Position numbers and translations under genes: made by a program. Below are positions 62,185 to 64,000 of a DNA stretch of 64,000 bases, piece by piece. The DNA is from an uncultured Mycoplasma sp. (GTDB lineage Bacteria > Bacillota_I > Bacilli_A > RF39 > UBA660): contig CANRTI010000003.1 in the NCBI GenBank assembly GCA_947642635.1, positions 7,759-71,758 of the forward strand, read 5' to 3'. The notes below the pieces were generated by a model. That model was given only the letters and a program-made list of their open reading frames with translations. It did no database searches and was not told where the DNA came from. Numbering within the stretch: the stretch's first letter is position 1; the number at the start of each line of letters is the position of its first letter.

Positions 62185-62637
62185 TTAAAATCTTGATTTT
62201 TCGTAATTATATGGAATACTTGTTCCTACAACAACATCTTCTATTTTTTCTATAATTAGCCAATCATCCATATTTCCTTGATGATCAAAATCTAATGGCT
62301 CAATACTTTCTACATTATTAAATTCCACTAAACATAGACATTTTTTATGCCATCTTTCTTTTTGTTTATCTGTTAATTGTAATTTGCTATTATTATTTTC
62401 AATGGTGCTAGTTATTTCATCTTCAGATAACTTCACAAAATTTTGAACATTAGTTACTATTGCTTTAGCACTAATTTTCTTCGATCCTTTCTCCATAAAA
62501 TATAAAATCTCATCTTTAAACACTCTACTATGTGGTATTTTCCTTCCTGCTGCTCCTCTTATAATCATTGTTTTACTACCATCTAAAATTTTATTTAATT
62601 CTTTTGATTTATCATCACAATATACTAAATGTACCAT
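62185..62637 (-). CDS. ASCH/PUA-like domain protein
   Basis: ELNKILDGSKTMIIRG...V..DEILYF resembles the ASCH signature I..G.KT.E.R. Confidence 0.6.
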   Translation of the reverse strand: MVHLVYCDDKSKELNKILDGSKTMIIRGAAGRKIPHSRVFKDEILYFMEKGSKKISAKAIVTNVQNFVKLSEDEITSTIENNNSKLQLTDKQKERWHKKCLCLVEFNNVESIEPLDFDHQGNMDDWLIIEKIEDVVVGTSIPYNYEKSRF

Positions 62638-62681
62638 AATTTTACCTCATCTTTCTAATTTCTAAATTGTAAGTTGTAAAT

Positions 62682-62981
62682 CTAATACTTTTTTATTAGT
62701 TTTGAAATTAATGCTCTACAAGTGTTCATTTGAATGCAGGCATAAAAATTATTAGTTACTTCTTTACCTTTCCCAATTGTTGTTGCATTATTTGCATCTT
62801 CTTCTGTTTCCCAAAGAACAAAATCAGTCCATATTTCTCCTTGTAAGTAATGTTCCCACGAAATAAATCCCTTTGCTTTAGAAATGATTTCATCGTGTAA
62901 TTTTTGCGTTAATTCTACAAAGTGTTCTTCACTTACACCTTTTTTAAGTTTATACGAAAATATCCATGCTGTTTTATTCAT
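62682..62981 (-). CDS. Dimeric alpha-beta barrel (ABM-like) protein
   Basis: YKLKKGVSEEHF...KGFISWE...WTDFVLWETEEDA; RBS GAGGAGG. Confidence 0.65.
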   Translation of the reverse strand: MNKTAWIFSYKLKKGVSEEHFVELTQKLHDEIISKAKGFISWEHYLQGEIWTDFVLWETEEDANNATTIGKGKEVTNNFYACIQMNTCRALISKLIKKY

Positions 62982-63199
62982 ATATAAAATCCTCCTCAAC
63001 AAATTACTATTTGTATGATAGATTAGCAAAAAATATAATTAATCTATTGTACACAAATAATAGTTGAACTTATACAAATATTATAATACTTTTCATATTC
63101 TTTTTAAAGTTATTGTGTACATTTTCTTTTAAGAAATTCAAACAGTTTTATAATTTTTTATGTACCAAATCAAGAGTTACTTTTTAGCAGGATAAGGGT

Positions 63200-63456
63200 G
63201 TATTACAAACAACTTGCCAGTGGCAAGTTTATCCCAAAAATAAAGGGTTTCTTAGATTTTGAATTGTATTACAAAATCTTTTTTGTTTTACTTTCGTATT
63301 ACAAGAAAATAGAAAATATTATATAAAAAGGGCTAGTTGTTTTACAAATGTATTACAAATAACCCGCTTTTCATACCTAAAAACTAACCAATTTGTACCA
63401 AAATTTGATATTTTTAAAAGAAATATATAACCTTAGTTGGTACAAAAATATGTACC
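63200..63456. repeat. Repeat-rich intergenic region: 4x GTATTACAA, a palindrome and a 10-bp inverted repeat
   Basis: GTATTACAA at 63200, 63266, 63296 and 63350; AACTTGCCA-G-TGGCAAGTT at 63211-63229; TTTGTACCAA (63392) / TTGGTACAAA (63437). Confidence 0.8.
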
Positions 63457-64000
63457 TTACATATTTACATTTATAATATTTATTGGACTAACGGGAATTT
63501 CTATTAATCCATAACTCGTTATTTTAAATTTATCAATGATGGGTATTAATTTAAATGGTTCATTAAAGTAATTACCTTTATTATATTTGATCATAAATTG
63601 TTGATCATTAACTTGTTCTTTCTTTAATTCTTGATAATCAATAGAAAAGCTTAATTGTAATTTTTTAATATACTTTTTAATTTCTTCTCTAGTCATTGGG
63701 GCTGATACTTCAATATTTATAGGTATATTATTTTCTTTTATTACTTGATTTCTATTGATACCACCATTATTAAATAGATTGGCATATTCTTCAATAAATG
63801 TCTTTCTAAAATTTATATGTTTTATTTTTATATCTTTATCATTCTTAATAACCTCTATATTATCAATATAACTTGTTATTAGTCCTTGTTTTTCTGATAT
63901 TGAAAGCTCACTCCATTTAGCTCGGAAATTTAATTCATAAAATGGGTTGATAAAACATTTAATACTTTCTATATCTCTTTTAAGCATTATATCTTCAAAT
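63457..64000 (-). CDS. Probable large serine recombinase, C-terminal part (gene enters from beyond the window)
   Basis: Frame open to the window edge; WSELSISEKQGLITSYIDNIEV matches the W..L...EK..LI...I..I.V helix-strand ending of large serine recombinases; catalytic domain not visible. Confidence 0.6.
   Translation of the reverse strand, partial: FEDIMLKRDIESIKCFINPFYELNFRAKWSELSISEKQGLITSYIDNIEVIKNDKDIKIKHINFRKTFIEEYANLFNNGGINRNQVIKENNIPINIEVSAPMTREEIKKYIKKLQLSFSIDYQELKKEQVNDQQFMIKYNKGNYFNEPFKLIPIIDKFKITSYGLIEIPVSPINIINVNM

Larger units (their letters stand above)
58078..63013 (-). repeat. Junction repeats TAAATT-GT-AATTTA separating small genes (cassette-like array)
   Basis: Plus-strand copies: 58078 ATACTTGTAATCTA; 58254 TAATTTGTAATTTA; 58505 CAATTTGTAATTTA; 59307 GAAATTGTAATTTA; 61062 and 61372 TAAATTGTAATTTA; 62170 AAATTTGTATTACT; 62663 TAAATTGTAAGTTG; weaker copies at 58720 and 63000. 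Confidence 0.8.

Noticed and set aside
62373-62386. TTAATTGTAATTTG as a further junction site
   Set aside because: Lies inside an intact ORF; probably a chance match in AT-rich DNA

Overview
Very AT-rich chromosomal window from a small-genome Bacillota (Bacilli) bacterium. The gene content and the short SMC resemble uncultured RF39-like gut Bacilli, which is an inference. Most of it is minus-strand housekeeping: murB/murG, hemW, lepA, def, smc, rnc, comEA/comEC, ftsW-like, ppdK, xerC-like, recD2, tRNA-Ser(GCT), mtaB, rpmF, lon, tig and tag, plus sporulation-type genes. Two things stand out. (1) At 10.94-11.25 kb there is a stand-alone, promoter-driven, structured non-coding unit carrying a textbook DGR template region: 32 codons, 12 AAY codons, no third-position A, CLec-type '...NSVRPA' end. 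No reverse transcriptase, Avd or matching target lies in the window, and a second, truncated copy of the same promoter and leader with a different template start lies 1 kb upstream, across dinD. (2) At 58.1-63.0 kb there is an integron-like array of small co-oriented genes whose junctions carry a 14-bp palindrome TAAATT-GT-AATTTA. It lies downstream of a probable large serine recombinase and contains an unannotated type I toxin-antitoxin locus. Also present: a frameshifted Abi_2/AbiF-like gene with a promoter-driven small RNA behind it, an orphan Rpn C-terminal domain with its own internal promoter, a repeat-flanked ABC-transporter island, a 6S-like RNA and an IS110 remnant. All family calls come from motif recognition by eye; no searches were run.
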